Below are positions 19,490-31,048 of a DNA stretch of 64,000 bases, in pieces. This DNA comes from Candidatus Multivorans sp. (GTDB taxonomy: Bacteria; Acidobacteriota; Thermoanaerobaculia; Multivoradales; Multivoraceae), in contig OZ251997.1 of assembly GCA_965247095.1 (NCBI GenBank), forward strand, positions 3,072,001 to 3,136,000, in the 5' to 3' direction. The translations under genes were made by a program, and so were the position numbers. Within the stretch, counting starts at the first letter, position 1; every line of letters starts with the position of its first letter. The notes below the pieces were generated by a model. It was not told the DNA's origin. It searched no databases and worked only from the letters and a program-made list of their open reading frames with translations.

Positions 19490-20346
19490 TCGCCCGCCAG
19501 CGCCCGGGCCGTCAACTCCGCCAAGCGCCGCGGGTTCTCCAGCGGCCCGAGATGATCGAGGTCCTCGACCTCCAGGAAGTTGACGTTCGGCAGTTCGTTA
19601 ACAATCGCCTCGGCCCAGTACGCGGGCCCGGGCGTGAGCACGGCGCCGCGCATCAGGGCGACCGGGCAGTGCACTTCGGTCAGGGTATCCCAGGCGAGGT
19701 GGTGGGGCCCCATCAGGTAGAGCTGGGCTTCGACATCGGGCCGGCACTTGATCTCGACCGTGCCGTCAGGCCGGTCGGCGAAGCCGTGCCGGACGTAGGC
19801 CTCCAGGGCGGCCGGGTCGAACAGCGAGTAGGGCATCTTCGACGCGAAGTTGGCGATGGCGGCCTCGAACGAGTCGAAGCGGCTGCGACGGTTCCTGGTT
19901 CGTGCGACCCAGACGTCCAGGCGCGCGTCGTCGTCCGTCACGCCCGGCGGATAGATCACCGGCTCGTAGCAGACCAAGCCGGCGAAGAGGCCCGGTCGTC
20001 GCGGCTCAGCCATCAGCAGGGCGGCCGCGCCCATGGAGTGGCCGAAGCCGAACAGCGGTTCTTCGGTATCCAGTTCGAGCGTGTCGACTACGGCCAGCAG
20101 ATCGTCGGCGCAGCTCTCCCAGCGGTAGTCCAGACCGTCCGGGGCGGGCGCGTCGCCGTGGCCCCGAAGATCGACGCTGATCCGGCGATAGCCGTCGAGC
20201 CGAGCGAGCATGGGGTCGTACACCCGTCCATGGAACCCGGTCGCATGGCCGGCAAGGAGGGTCGGTCCGTCGCCGCCGTAGTCGTAGACGGCGAGTTCGA
20301 CGCCGTCGGTCGACGGGACACGGTGGACGGAGACCGGTTCGAGCAT
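19486..20346 (-). CDS. Alpha/beta hydrolase
   Basis: HATGFHG, DLRGHG, GHSMG, DHLGPLE. Confidence 0.88.
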   Translation of the reverse strand: MLEPVSVHRVPSTDGVELAVYDYGGDGPTLLAGHATGFHGRVYDPMLARLDGYRRISVDLRGHGDAPAPDGLDYRWESCADDLLAVVDTLELDTEEPLFGFGHSMGAAALLMAEPRRPGLFAGLVCYEPVIYPPGVTDDDARLDVWVARTRNRRSRFDSFEAAIANFASKMPYSLFDPAALEAYVRHGFADRPDGTVEIKCRPDVEAQLYLMGPHHLAWDTLTEVHCPVALMRGAVLTPGPAYWAEAIVNELPNVNFLEVEDLDHLGPLENPRRLAELTARALAGD

Positions 20347-20410
20347 GGTGGGGGAACCTAACACCGGCAGCAGCCCGCGGTAGCGGAGCGTTCGTAGCAG
20401 AATAGGGCCG

Positions 20411-21553
20411 ATGCCGAAACGGTTTCCCTGGTTTGGACTGAGCGCTTCTTCGTCGGCGGAGAGCCTGCGCGTCCGGCGACTCCAGGTCGGCTTTCTGCTT
20501 CTGCTGACCATCACCGCGGTTCAGGTCGTCTGGTGGTTGGTCGACCAGTCGCTGCTCGCCGGCAGGATCGCCGCGGACAGGGTGGCGAGCTACGAGGTGG
20601 ACCGCTCGGCTGGCGAGGCATCGGTTCTGGCCGGGCAACCCCTCGATGGGCTACGCGCCTTCTACCCGCACCTGGAGATCGATGCCCAGGGCGCGCAGAT
20701 CCGGCCCTCCGCCCTGCAGGCGATCGAAACGGAACGCCGTAGCCACCTCAGCCAGTACCGGTGGGAGGGTTCGTTCTTCCTGCTCGTCCTCGCCGGCGGC
20801 ATTCTCGTCCTGTGGCGGGTGCTGCGCCGGGAGGCCGACCTCCTGAACCGTCAGCAGAACTTCCTGGCCGCCGTGTCGCACGAACTGCGGAGTCCGCTGG
20901 CGAGTCTGCGGTTGACGACGGAGACCCTGCTGCTGCGCGACCTGGCGGCGACGGATCGCCGCGGGCTCCTGGAGCGCAACCTCGAGGATCTGCGGCGGTT
21001 GGAACGTCTGGTGGGCAACCTGCTGGAGACCACGCGTCTGGAGGAGCGCCGGGCGGTACCGCGCCGGGCGCCGGTCGACCTGTCGGAAGCCGTCTCGCTG
21101 GCGTTCGCCGAACTCGGGCACCGGGCCGCCGGTACCGAGGGAATCGATATCGAAGTCCGGGTGGAGCCTGGTCTGGGCTTGCAGGCCGATCCGGTGGGCC
21201 TTGGCACGGTGCTGCGGAACCTGATCGGCAACGCAATCGAGTCGGCGCAGGCAGCCGGCACCAGGGTGGAGGTCTCCGCCAGGCGGCTCGGTTCGGCGAT
21301 CGAGCTTCAGGTTCTCGACGACGGGGTCGGCTTCGAGCCCGCCGAGGGCCGCCGGTTGTTCGAGAAGTTCTACCGGCCCGGCAGTGAGTTGCGACGCAAC
21401 AAGAAGGGCAGTGGCCTGGGCCTCTACCTGGTGCGCGGCTTCGTCGCCCTGGAAGGCGGTGAGGTCGAGGCAAGCAGCGAGGGTCCGGGCCGCGGCGCTA
21501 CCTTCCGAGTCACCTGGCCGGTCGGTGAGCCTGCCGCGGCGCCGGCGTCGTGA
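20411..21553 (+). CDS. Sensor histidine kinase
   Basis: Two TM helices; SHELRSPL H-box, NLIGNA, DDGVG, FEKFYR, GSGLGL. Confidence 0.95.
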   Translation: MPKRFPWFGLSASSSAESLRVRRLQVGFLLLLTITAVQVVWWLVDQSLLAGRIAADRVASYEVDRSAGEASVLAGQPLDGLRAFYPHLEIDAQGAQIRPSALQAIETERRSHLSQYRWEGSFFLLVLAGGILVLWRVLRREADLLNRQQNFLAAVSHELRSPLASLRLTTETLLLRDLAATDRRGLLERNLEDLRRLERLVGNLLETTRLEERRAVPRRAPVDLSEAVSLAFAELGHRAAGTEGIDIEVRVEPGLGLQADPVGLGTVLRNLIGNAIESAQAAGTRVEVSARRLGSAIELQVLDDGVGFEPAEGRRLFEKFYRPGSELRRNKKGSGLGLYLVRGFVALEGGEVEASSEGPGRGATFRVTWPVGEPAAAPAS

Positions 21554-22266
21554 GAACCGCGGCCGAGGGGGCGGCCCGGGTGCTCCTGATCGAGGACGAG
21601 GAGAACCTGGCCGCGGGCATCCGGTTCAACCTCGAAGCGGAGGGTCTCGACGTCGACTGGGTCGGCGACGGCGAGGAGGCTCTGGAGCGGATTCGTGATC
21701 CGCGCTATCAGCTCGTGATCCTCGACGTGATGCTTCCGGGTGTGGACGGCTTCACCCTGTGCGAGGAGGCGAGGCGGAACGGTGTCGATACACCGGTGCT
21801 GTTCCTGACCGCGAAGGCCTCGGTCGACGATCGCATTCGCGGCCTCGAAGCCGGCGGCGACGACTACCTCGCCAAGCCGTTCCATCTGACCGAGCTGCTA
21901 CTGCGGGTGCAGGCGATCCTGCGGCGGCGCGCCTGGGGGGCGGCGGAGGGGAGTCCCGATGTGGTGCGTTTCGGCGACAACCACTTCGATTTCACCGCCT
22001 TCTCGGGCGCGTCCTGGGACGGCCAGCCCCAGCAGTTGACGCAGAAGGAAGCGATGATCCTCAAGACCCTGGCGGAGCGGGAAGGCGAGGTCGTCTCGCG
22101 CGAGGACATTCTGGACCGCGTCTGGGGCTACGAGGCGTTCCCGTCGTCCCGGACGATCGACAACTTCGTCCTCCGGCTACGCAAGCGATTCGAACCCGAC
22201 CCCGAACGGCCGCGCCATTTCCACACCGTCCGCGGCGTCGGCTACCGCTTCACCGCCGGACGCTAG
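21550..22266 (+). CDS. OmpR-family response regulator
   Basis: LIEDE, LDVMLP, FLTAK, DDYLAKPF; winged-helix HTVRGVGYRF. Confidence 0.95.
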   Translation: MRTAAEGAARVLLIEDEENLAAGIRFNLEAEGLDVDWVGDGEEALERIRDPRYQLVILDVMLPGVDGFTLCEEARRNGVDTPVLFLTAKASVDDRIRGLEAGGDDYLAKPFHLTELLLRVQAILRRRAWGAAEGSPDVVRFGDNHFDFTAFSGASWDGQPQQLTQKEAMILKTLAEREGEVVSREDILDRVWGYEAFPSSRTIDNFVLRLRKRFEPDPERPRHFHTVRGVGYRFTAGR

Positions 22267-22272
22267 CTATAG

Positions 22273-23010
22273 CTACTGAACTTCCAGCAGCTCGACCTCG
22301 AAGATCAGGGCAGCGCCCGGAGGGATGGCGGGCGGCGAGCCGTGGTTGCCGTAGCCGAGATCGGCGGGGATGAAGATCTCCCACACAGCACCCGGTTTCA
22401 TCAGTTGCAGCGCCTCTGTCCAGCCGGGGATGACGCCGCCGACCGGGAAGGTTGCCGCTTGGTCGCGGTCGTAGCTGCTGTCGAACTGCGTGCCGTCGAG
22501 CAGGGTGCCGCGATAGTGCACCGTCACTGCCTGGTCGGCCGTGGGACTTTCGCCGTCGCCGGCGCGGAGTTCGCGGTAGAGGAGTCCTGAGTCCGTCTTG
22601 ACGACGCCGTCCTCATTCGCCTTGGTGGCCAGGAAGGCGGCGCTGCGGGCCGTGTTTTCGAGCATCGCGGCCTGACGCTGGCGATCCGTGTGTTCTTGCA
22701 TTTTCGTCCCCAGTTCGCTTAGCACGGTGTCAACTACTTCGGAATCCAGGGCCTCGTTGCCTTCCACTCCGTCCCTGAAGCCGCGCAGAAGCAGCTCGAC
22801 GTCGAGTTCCAGGTCGTCCGGTCCCAGGTTGCTGCCGATGTTCAGCCCGAGCGCGTAGGAGGCCTTCTGGTCCCAGGTCTCCGTGAGCGGCGGCTCGTCG
22901 TCGGCCGTGGCGCCGGCCTCTTCATGGGCGCAGGCGGGCGTCGCGGCAAGGAGAGCAAGGGTTGCGGCAACCAAGCTGAGGTGGCTGTGTGGCTTCTTCA
23001 TGGCGCGCAT
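22273..23010 (-). CDS. FKBP-type peptidyl-prolyl isomerase (FkpA/Mip-like)
   Basis: Signal peptide, KASYALG dimerisation domain, VHYRGTL.DGTQFDSS, VIPGWTEALQLM, LIFEVEL. Confidence 0.95.
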   Translation of the reverse strand: MRAMKKPHSHLSLVAATLALLAATPACAHEEAGATADDEPPLTETWDQKASYALGLNIGSNLGPDDLELDVELLLRGFRDGVEGNEALDSEVVDTVLSELGTKMQEHTDRQRQAAMLENTARSAAFLATKANEDGVVKTDSGLLYRELRAGDGESPTADQAVTVHYRGTLLDGTQFDSSYDRDQAATFPVGGVIPGWTEALQLMKPGAVWEIFIPADLGYGNHGSPPAIPPGAALIFEVELLEVQ

Positions 23011-23059
23011 CGTATCCGCATCCGGCGGGCGCGTTCTGCCGCTTCGCTATCCTCGCTGC

Positions 23060-23857
23060 GTGGGCCCCCTGCAGTTGATTCTCGTGGCCTTGGTGCAGGG
23101 GCTGACCGAGTACCTGCCGATCAGCTCGACGGCGCACCTGATCCTGTTGCCGCGGCTGTTCGGCTGGCCGGACCAGGGACTGGCGGTCGATGTGGCGGCG
23201 AACACGGGCACACTGTTGGCGGTCGTCGCCTACTTCCGGAAGGACCTTGCGGGCTACGTCCGGGCCCTTCGGCAGAACGGCGCCGCAGGTGGCGATTCGG
23301 CGCAGCGGCGGATGCTTCCGTTGCTGGCGCTGGCGTCGCTACCGGTTCTAGTCGTCGGCATGGCGACCGAGGGCTGGGTCGCCGGCGACGCGCGCAATCC
23401 TGGCGTGATCGCCTGGGCGACGATCGGCTTCGGCCTCGTGCTCGGCGTGGCGGACCGCTGGGGGAAGCAGGGTCGCCGTCTCGACCAGGTGACCTGGTGG
23501 CACGCGTTGCTGTTCGGCGTGGCTCAGGCCACCGCGCTGATTCCGGGCGCGTCCCGGGCCGGCGTCACCATCAGCGCCGGCCGGTTGCTCGGCTTCGACC
23601 GCGAATCGTCGGCGCGTTTCGCCTTCCTGATGGCGATCCCGCCCGGCGTCTTCGTCGCCGGCAAGAACAGTCTCGATCTTCTGAGCGGGGCGCTGCCGGT
23701 ATCGCAACTACCGGCGATGCTTCTGGTGGTCGTGCTGTCGGCGGTCGTCGGCTACCTGGTGATCGGTTTCCTGCTCGCCTGGGTCCGTCGCCGGAGCCTG
23801 CAGATCTTCGTCGCGTACCGGCTGGTGTTGGGCGTCGTGCTGCTGATCCTCTTCTAG
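23060..23857 (+). CDS. uppP: Undecaprenyl-diphosphate phosphatase
   Basis: QGLTEYLPISSTAH, ALIPGASRAGVT, ARFAFLMAIP. Confidence 0.93.
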   Translation: MGPLQLILVALVQGLTEYLPISSTAHLILLPRLFGWPDQGLAVDVAANTGTLLAVVAYFRKDLAGYVRALRQNGAAGGDSAQRRMLPLLALASLPVLVVGMATEGWVAGDARNPGVIAWATIGFGLVLGVADRWGKQGRRLDQVTWWHALLFGVAQATALIPGASRAGVTISAGRLLGFDRESSARFAFLMAIPPGVFVAGKNSLDLLSGALPVSQLPAMLLVVVLSAVVGYLVIGFLLAWVRRRSLQIFVAYRLVLGVVLLILF

Positions 23858-23899
23858 TCCGGCAGCGCCGGCCTGGATTCGCAGTTCTGGCAGACGCAG

Positions 23900-24230
23900 T
23901 CAGGACGCCTGGAGCTTCTCCGCAACGGCAGTTCCCATTTCCGTCGTCGACACCGCCTGCTGGCCCGCGGGCACCAGGTCGGCTGTGCGGAACCCTTCGT
24001 CCAGGACCGCGGCGACCGCCGCTTCGACCTGAGCCGCCTCCGCTTCGAGGTCGAGGCTGTGGCGGAGCAGCATCGCGGCGCTCAGGATCGCGCCGATGGG
24101 GTTGGCGAACAGGCCCATCTCCGCCCGCAGGTCGAGCAGCCCCTGCTCGGGACGGAGTTCGGCGGTCGGGTCGGACCACTTCGGCCCGCCGACGGCGCCC
24201 AGCAACACGGCATCGGCATTCTTGCAGGCG
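23900..24230 (-). pseudogene. leuB: Second, diverged leuB copy with 5' truncation and large internal deletion
   Basis: [23 protein letters not shown] fused to [12 protein letters not shown]..; similar but not identical to leuB at 27081-28151. Confidence 0.88.
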
Positions 24231-24645
24231 CGCTATACTGATGGTTCACATTCACATGGTTGGAGGAACCGGTTGAGCTTTGTTCTCGTTGCGGTCCTTG
24301 GAGTCGCAGGCGTGGAGTTGTTCGTGACAAGCAGCACGGCAGGCCGATCTGCGTCCCGGTCGGCGGGTGCGGCAGTCGCCCCGCTGCGGGTCGAGCGGAC
24401 CGAGCGGACCTCGAACCGGGGCCGATTCTGACGCTTGCGGAGGCGATGGACGACCGCGAGGGAGATCCGACGCTGCGTCCGACCGGCGCTTGCATCCCGG
24501 TGCCCACCGCCGTCGCAACCTGTTCGATAACGAACGGGCAATCGAGCCTGGTGGGTTGCAAGGCGCCTTGGGAGAGCGGGAGCAGGATTCGGCAAGGCGC
24601 TCCTGCCGAACGTGACTTGGCGGTGCCGACGGCGGGCCCCTGAAC

Positions 24646-27000
24646 TTGCGACTCGATCCCAAGAGGATTGCGATCGGGTCGACGATCCTGATCACAACCT
24701 TGGCTTTGCCGGGCACGCTTCCGGCAGAGGAGATCGTCATCTCGGTCGCGGCGGGGCAGTTGGCGCCGGAAGCGGCCGCTACGATCACGCTGGTCTCCGT
24801 GGACGGGGACGGCGGAGTGGTTCGAGAGCTGGGCGCGCCGGGCGCGACTCCGGTCCGCGCTGCGGTTGAGGGTCTTGAGTACGTTTCCTGCCGCGGTCGC
24901 CTGATCTGGTGTCCTCGGGTTGGCGTGGGTGCTTCGATGGCGAGCGTCGTCGACGGCGAGGCGCCACCGGTTCGGGTTGTCAATCTGACCGCCTACACGT
25001 TGGCTGACCTCGCTGTGCCTCTTGTTCTGCCTTCCGGTGAGAGCCTCGGAAGTGGAACTCCATTGGTCGAAGGCTGGCTCGAAGTCGCGTCGGGAACGCT
25101 CCACTTCCTGGAACCTGCCACTCTGGACGGGAACCTTCTGCGTTGGCGCGGGCCGGCTGGCCGCACGGACTATCGGATAGCGGTGGAGGGCTGGGCGCCT
25201 AGCTATCTCTTCGACCGAGACATCGGGGCTGGCATGAGGCAACTCGAACCGCTTCGGCTTGTCAGGGGATCCTCCGTGTCACTCCATGCGGTGGAACAGA
25301 ATTCGGGCCTGCCCGTCGCCGGCGCCGCGGTGAGGGCCGAGCCGTACCCGCCGCTTGCGGAAGACGGAAACGGACCGGTGCCCGCGCGGGCAGTGACGAG
25401 CGAAGACGGCTTCGCGCAGCTCGTGGGGCTTGACGGAGAGTACTACTCCCTGATCGTCGAGAGCGAGGGTCGGCCGCCTACCCGGATCAACGGCGTGCGG
25501 CTGGCGCCGGACGCCGAAACGCGGCTTGCGGAAGTCCTCCTGAGGGAGTTTGCCGAGGTACGGGTCTTCATCTCGCCGCAGGCGCCTGGCACGGGCAGGT
25601 GGCGAGTCGCGGCGCAGAGGCTCGATCAGAGTGCGGCGCCTCGGATGGCCGAGGCGGATCCCGACGGCGTCGCGACCCTTCATGGTCTGCCGACGGGCTC
25701 GTACTTTCTGGACCTGCAGACTCCGGACGGCGACGTGCTCCATTCGGAGCAGATGCAAGTAGCGGGCAACGCAGCCGTGGCCATCGATCTGGACTTCGTC
25801 GAGGTGCGCGGTCAGGTGCGTCTCGACGGCAACGGCGTTCAGGCCCGGGTGGCGCTCAGCCGCGGGGCTGGCGACCGCGTACCATTCGTCACGAACGAAG
25901 ACGGCGAGTTCGGCGGCCAGATGCCGAGGCCGACAGGCGATGTGGTCGCCGCCGCCGTGGAAACGGCCGGCGGACTCCGTCGGATGTTCAAGGTCAGCGC
26001 ACGCGCGGACAACGATGTTCTGAGCCTGCGATTCGACCTGGGCGACCGAACGGTACGTGGCGTCGTCCTCGATGGCTCAACGCTTGAGCCGCTCCCCGGC
26101 GCCTCGGTGAGCATCGAGAGAGCGGACGAGGGGGACGGGAACGACGATGACGATATGGAAGCGTTCGTTTCTCTGCCAGTCGTGTCCGACCAGGAGGGCC
26201 GTTTCGCGTTCGACGGGCTCGAGGAAGGCCGGTATCGCCTGTGGGCCTGGTTCGACGGATTCACCCAGGGGAGGGCCGAGGTTCCTTCCTCGCCGTTGGA
26301 GGACTGGGTAGTAGACGACGTTCGGACAGTGCGCCTGCGCCTCCAACCTGGCGACCCACTCGACCTGCTCCTGACGAGAGCGGGAAGTCCCTTGCCGGCT
26401 GCGATGGTCGAGGTCGTTGCGCGAAGCCGATCGGGGGCCGTCGGCGCTGGCTTCGGTGCGACGGACCGCTCGGGCCGAACCAGGGTCCTCGTTCCTCGCG
26501 GCGGCGTCGGACCGGCTTCGGTGGTCGTCAAGGCGCCGCCCCACCTGCTGTGGTCGGGTTGCGTGTCGCTGCCATCGCCGGGCGAGCCCGTTCTGCGACT
26601 CGACCTGATGGACGAACCGGTCGGCACGGTCGTGCTGCGCAACACGGTCGGCGACCGTGCCGGAGGTCTCTCCGAGCCGGTCCTCGTGACGCCGCACGGA
26701 GGCGTACTGTTAATGAGCGACCTGCTCGCCTGGAGCAGCCGTGCCGGCGGGGCGGGCGTGGACCTGGCGACCGGCAGTGTGATCGACAGGATCGAACTGC
26801 CGGGACTTTCCGCCGGTCGCTACTGGGTTGTCGAATCGGCGGCCTTCGACTATTGGCTCTATGTGAACGCCTGCGCGGGCGCGCTCAACGCAAGCGCCGG
26901 CGCCGGGAGCGTGCTCGTGCCTGGGGGGCGGGTGGAGTTCGAGGTCGACCTCGGGTTCGGTTCCGACGAGCCGGTGCTGTTTTTTCCAGCGGATCTCTGA
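24646..27000 (+). CDS. Secreted protein with repeated carboxypeptidase-regulatory-like (beta-sandwich) domains
   Basis: Signal peptide; repeated G.V.D....P..GA.V ... T/SD..G.F...GL..G.Y motifs. Confidence 0.7.
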   Translation: MRLDPKRIAIGSTILITTLALPGTLPAEEIVISVAAGQLAPEAAATITLVSVDGDGGVVRELGAPGATPVRAAVEGLEYVSCRGRLIWCPRVGVGASMASVVDGEAPPVRVVNLTAYTLADLAVPLVLPSGESLGSGTPLVEGWLEVASGTLHFLEPATLDGNLLRWRGPAGRTDYRIAVEGWAPSYLFDRDIGAGMRQLEPLRLVRGSSVSLHAVEQNSGLPVAGAAVRAEPYPPLAEDGNGPVPARAVTSEDGFAQLVGLDGEYYSLIVESEGRPPTRINGVRLAPDAETRLAEVLLREFAEVRVFISPQAPGTGRWRVAAQRLDQSAAPRMAEADPDGVATLHGLPTGSYFLDLQTPDGDVLHSEQMQVAGNAAVAIDLDFVEVRGQVRLDGNGVQARVALSRGAGDRVPFVTNEDGEFGGQMPRPTGDVVAAAVETAGGLRRMFKVSARADNDVLSLRFDLGDRTVRGVVLDGSTLEPLPGASVSIERADEGDGNDDDDMEAFVSLPVVSDQEGRFAFDGLEEGRYRLWAWFDGFTQGRAEVPSSPLEDWVVDDVRTVRLRLQPGDPLDLLLTRAGSPLPAAMVEVVARSRSGAVGAGFGATDRSGRTRVLVPRGGVGPASVVVKAPPHLLWSGCVSLPSPGEPVLRLDLMDEPVGTVVLRNTVGDRAGGLSEPVLVTPHGGVLLMSDLLAWSSRAGGAGVDLATGSVIDRIELPGLSAGRYWVVESAAFDYWLYVNACAGALNASAGAGSVLVPGGRVEFEVDLGFGSDEPVLFFPADL

Positions 27001-27080
27001 TCTCGGGAGCGAGCAGTCGATTTTCGGCGGGCGGACCGCCGGCGGCGCGAGCCTGCAGAGTCAGAGGAACGCCAGCGGGT

Positions 27081-28151
27081 TCAGGCGCCGCCGATCCTGG
27101 CGGCGATCGCCAGGCCCATCTCCGTTGTGGATACTGCCGGCTGCCCTTCGGGCGCCAGATCGGCAGTCCGGCGCCCGTCGTCCAGGACCGCGGCGACCGC
27201 CGCCTCGACCTGAACCGCCTCCGCTTCCAGGCCGAGGCTGTGGCGGAGCAGCATCGCGGCGCTGAGGATGGCGCCGATCGGGTTCGCGATGCCCCGTCCC
27301 GCGATGTCGGGCGCCGAACCGTGGACCGGTTCGTAGAGGCCCTGACGCCCGGCGCCGAGGGACGCGGAGGGCAACATGCCGAGCGAGCCGGCGAGAATCG
27401 CCGCTTCATCGCTCAGGATGTCGCCGAACATGTTGCCGGCCAGGATCACGTCGTAGTCCTTGGGCGAGCGCATCAACTGCATCGCGAAGGCGTCGACGAG
27501 GTGGTGTGTCACTTCGACATCGGGGTAGGCGCCGGCAACCTCGGTCACGGCGCGGCGCCACAGCCGCATCGAGGCCAGCACGTTGGCCTTGTCGATCGAG
27601 GCCAGCTTCCCGCTCCGACCCCGGGCCGCGCGCAGCGCCACGCGGGCGACTCGCTCGACCTCGGCGGTCGAGTAGACGAGGGTGTCGTGGGCCACATCGC
27701 CGTCGCCCTGTTCCTGGCGGGGGCCGAAGTAGATGCCGCCGGTCAGTTCGCGAACGAACAGGAGGTCGACGCCGCGCAGCAGCTCGGGCTTGAGCGGCGC
27801 GAACTCGACGAGGGACTCGAACACCGGCACCGGGCGCAGGTTGGCGAACAGCCCGAGATCGGCCCGCAGGTCGAGTAGCCCCTGCTCGGGTCGGAGTTCG
27901 GCCGTGGGGTCGGACCACTTCGGCCCGCCGACCGCGCCCAGCAGCACCGCGTCCGCGTCCCTGCACGCCGCCAGCGTGCCGGGCGGCAGTGGATTCTGGA
28001 AGTCGTCGATCGCGTTCCCGCCCATCGGGTGGGAGTCGAGTTGGAACTCGTGCCCGCCGAGGTCGGCGACCGCTCGGAGGACGCGCGCCGCTTCGGCTGT
28101 GACTTCAGGCCCGATGCCGTCGCCGGGAAGGAGGACGATGTTCGCTTGCAT
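27081..28151 (-). CDS. leuB: 3-isopropylmalate dehydrogenase
   Basis: [43 protein letters not shown]. Confidence 0.97.
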   Translation of the reverse strand: MQANIVLLPGDGIGPEVTAEAARVLRAVADLGGHEFQLDSHPMGGNAIDDFQNPLPPGTLAACRDADAVLLGAVGGPKWSDPTAELRPEQGLLDLRADLGLFANLRPVPVFESLVEFAPLKPELLRGVDLLFVRELTGGIYFGPRQEQGDGDVAHDTLVYSTAEVERVARVALRAARGRSGKLASIDKANVLASMRLWRRAVTEVAGAYPDVEVTHHLVDAFAMQLMRSPKDYDVILAGNMFGDILSDEAAILAGSLGMLPSASLGAGRQGLYEPVHGSAPDIAGRGIANPIGAILSAAMLLRHSLGLEAEAVQVEAAVAAVLDDGRRTADLAPEGQPAVSTTEMGLAIAARIGGA

Positions 28152-28215
28152 GAGATGGGCACTCCGTTGCCGAACCCTTTCGGCGACGTTGCTTGCGGGA
28201 CTGGGAGATCTTGAA

Positions 28216-28377
28216 TCAGCCCGGGATGTGGCGGAAAAGGAGAATCATCACCAGGGTTGTCGTGGCTGCGGAGACCGTGAGGAATGCTGCCAGGAGCCAG
28301 ATGACGATCGTCAGCCGGCGATGCACTGGGTCGGTAACTCCGCGGAGGCTTATCAGTTTGACGAACGCTTCGGCCAT
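28216..28377 (-). pseudogene. Short remnant paralogous to the membrane anchor of the adjacent coiled-coil protein
   Basis: [22 protein letters not shown] resembles TKLIVWLLGAGLTL..LMFLLFR of 28413-28907. Confidence 0.5.
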
Positions 28378-28412
28378 ATGCCGATTGTAGCTGGCGCTCT
28401 TCCGGCTGGTGC

Positions 28413-28907
28413 TCAGGCCACGACGCTCCGGAACAGGAGGAACATCAACGAAACCACCGTGCCTGTGTAGAGCGTCAGCCCCGCTCCCAGCAGCCACACG
28501 ATCAGCTTCGTCCGATCGTCCTGTCCCTTTGCGGTTGCTTTGGCCTCGAGCCGAAGCGCCTCGACATGACCCCGGATTTCGGTGCAGAGCGTGGCGATTT
28601 CGCCCCGGACGCTTGCGATCTCGTTCTTGACGCGCCCTTCGGACGCCTCAATGCGGGCTGCGACCTCGTCCCGGAAGCTGTCGAACCGCTCGTTGAGTGA
28701 CGCAGTCTGCTGCTTGAGTACAGCGACGTCCTGCTTCAAGACGGTGACGTCCCGCCTCAACTCGGCCAGGTCCGTCCGGAGCGTGAGCCATTCGCCGCTG
28801 GTGCTTGTCACCTCGATTACCGCTCGAGCTTGTTCGTCATCGAAGCCTGCCTCCAGGAGCCTTCGCCTCGCCGATTCCGCAACGGATTCTACTGCGATCC
28901 TCTGCAT
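28413..28907 (-). CDS. DUF1640/CCDC90-like coiled-coil protein with C-terminal membrane anchor
   Basis: Head RLLEAGFDDEQARA, heptad LKQDVAVLKQ stalk, terminal TM helix. Confidence 0.7.
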   Translation of the reverse strand: MQRIAVESVAESARRRLLEAGFDDEQARAVIEVTSTSGEWLTLRTDLAELRRDVTVLKQDVAVLKQQTASLNERFDSFRDEVAARIEASEGRVKNEIASVRGEIATLCTEIRGHVEALRLEAKATAKGQDDRTKLIVWLLGAGLTLYTGTVVSLMFLLFRSVVA

Positions 28908-29006
28908 TGACTCTGAACTCCGTCCTGTAGTCCATGGCGCCGGGTCTTGCTCCGGCCCCCTAAGGGACTCAGACGGAATTCGGGACTGGAAGAGGGATCG
29001 GCCCGC

Positions 29007-29626
29007 TCAGCTTGCCCGCGTGTCGAGCCGCGAGGGATGGCCGGCCTCGAACGCCTGGATCGCCGGCGCCTGCTGCAGCAGGTAGCCGAGCTGGTCGGTG
29101 CCGTCGAGCAGGCAACGGCGGGCGAATGGGTCGACATCGAACGTCGCTTCGCCGCCGCCGGGCAGGCTGAGTGTCCGCGCTTTCAGGTCGATCGTGACTT
29201 CGGTTGCCGGATCGGCGGCGACGGCGTCGAACAGGGCCGCGGAGACGTCCTCCGACACCGGCACGACCACGAGGCCGTTCTTCAGCGCGTTGCTGCGGAA
29301 GATGTCGGCGAAGGAGGTGCTGATCACGGCGCGGAAGCCATAGCCGACCAGCGCCCACGGCGCGTGCTCGCGGGAGCTGCCGCAGCCGAAGTTGTCGCCG
29401 GCGAGCAGGACGCGGGCGTCCTGATGCTGCGGCTGGTTCAGGACGAAGCCTTCGATCGGTTCGCCCTCCGGGGTGCCGTCGCGATAGCGCCAGCGGCAGA
29501 AGAGGCCGGAGGCCAGCCCCGAGCGGTCGGTGACCTTGAGGTAGGACGCCGGGATGATCTGGTCAGTGTCGATGTTCTGGTTAGGCAGCGGCGCCATCGT
29601 GCCGGTATAGCGGTCGAAGCGGACGC

Positions 29627-29630
<4 letters not shown>
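29007..29630 (-). CDS. leuD: 3-isopropylmalate dehydratase small subunit
   Basis: [37 protein letters not shown]. Confidence 0.97.
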
Positions 29631-31044
<1,414 letters not shown>

Positions 31045-31048
<4 letters not shown>

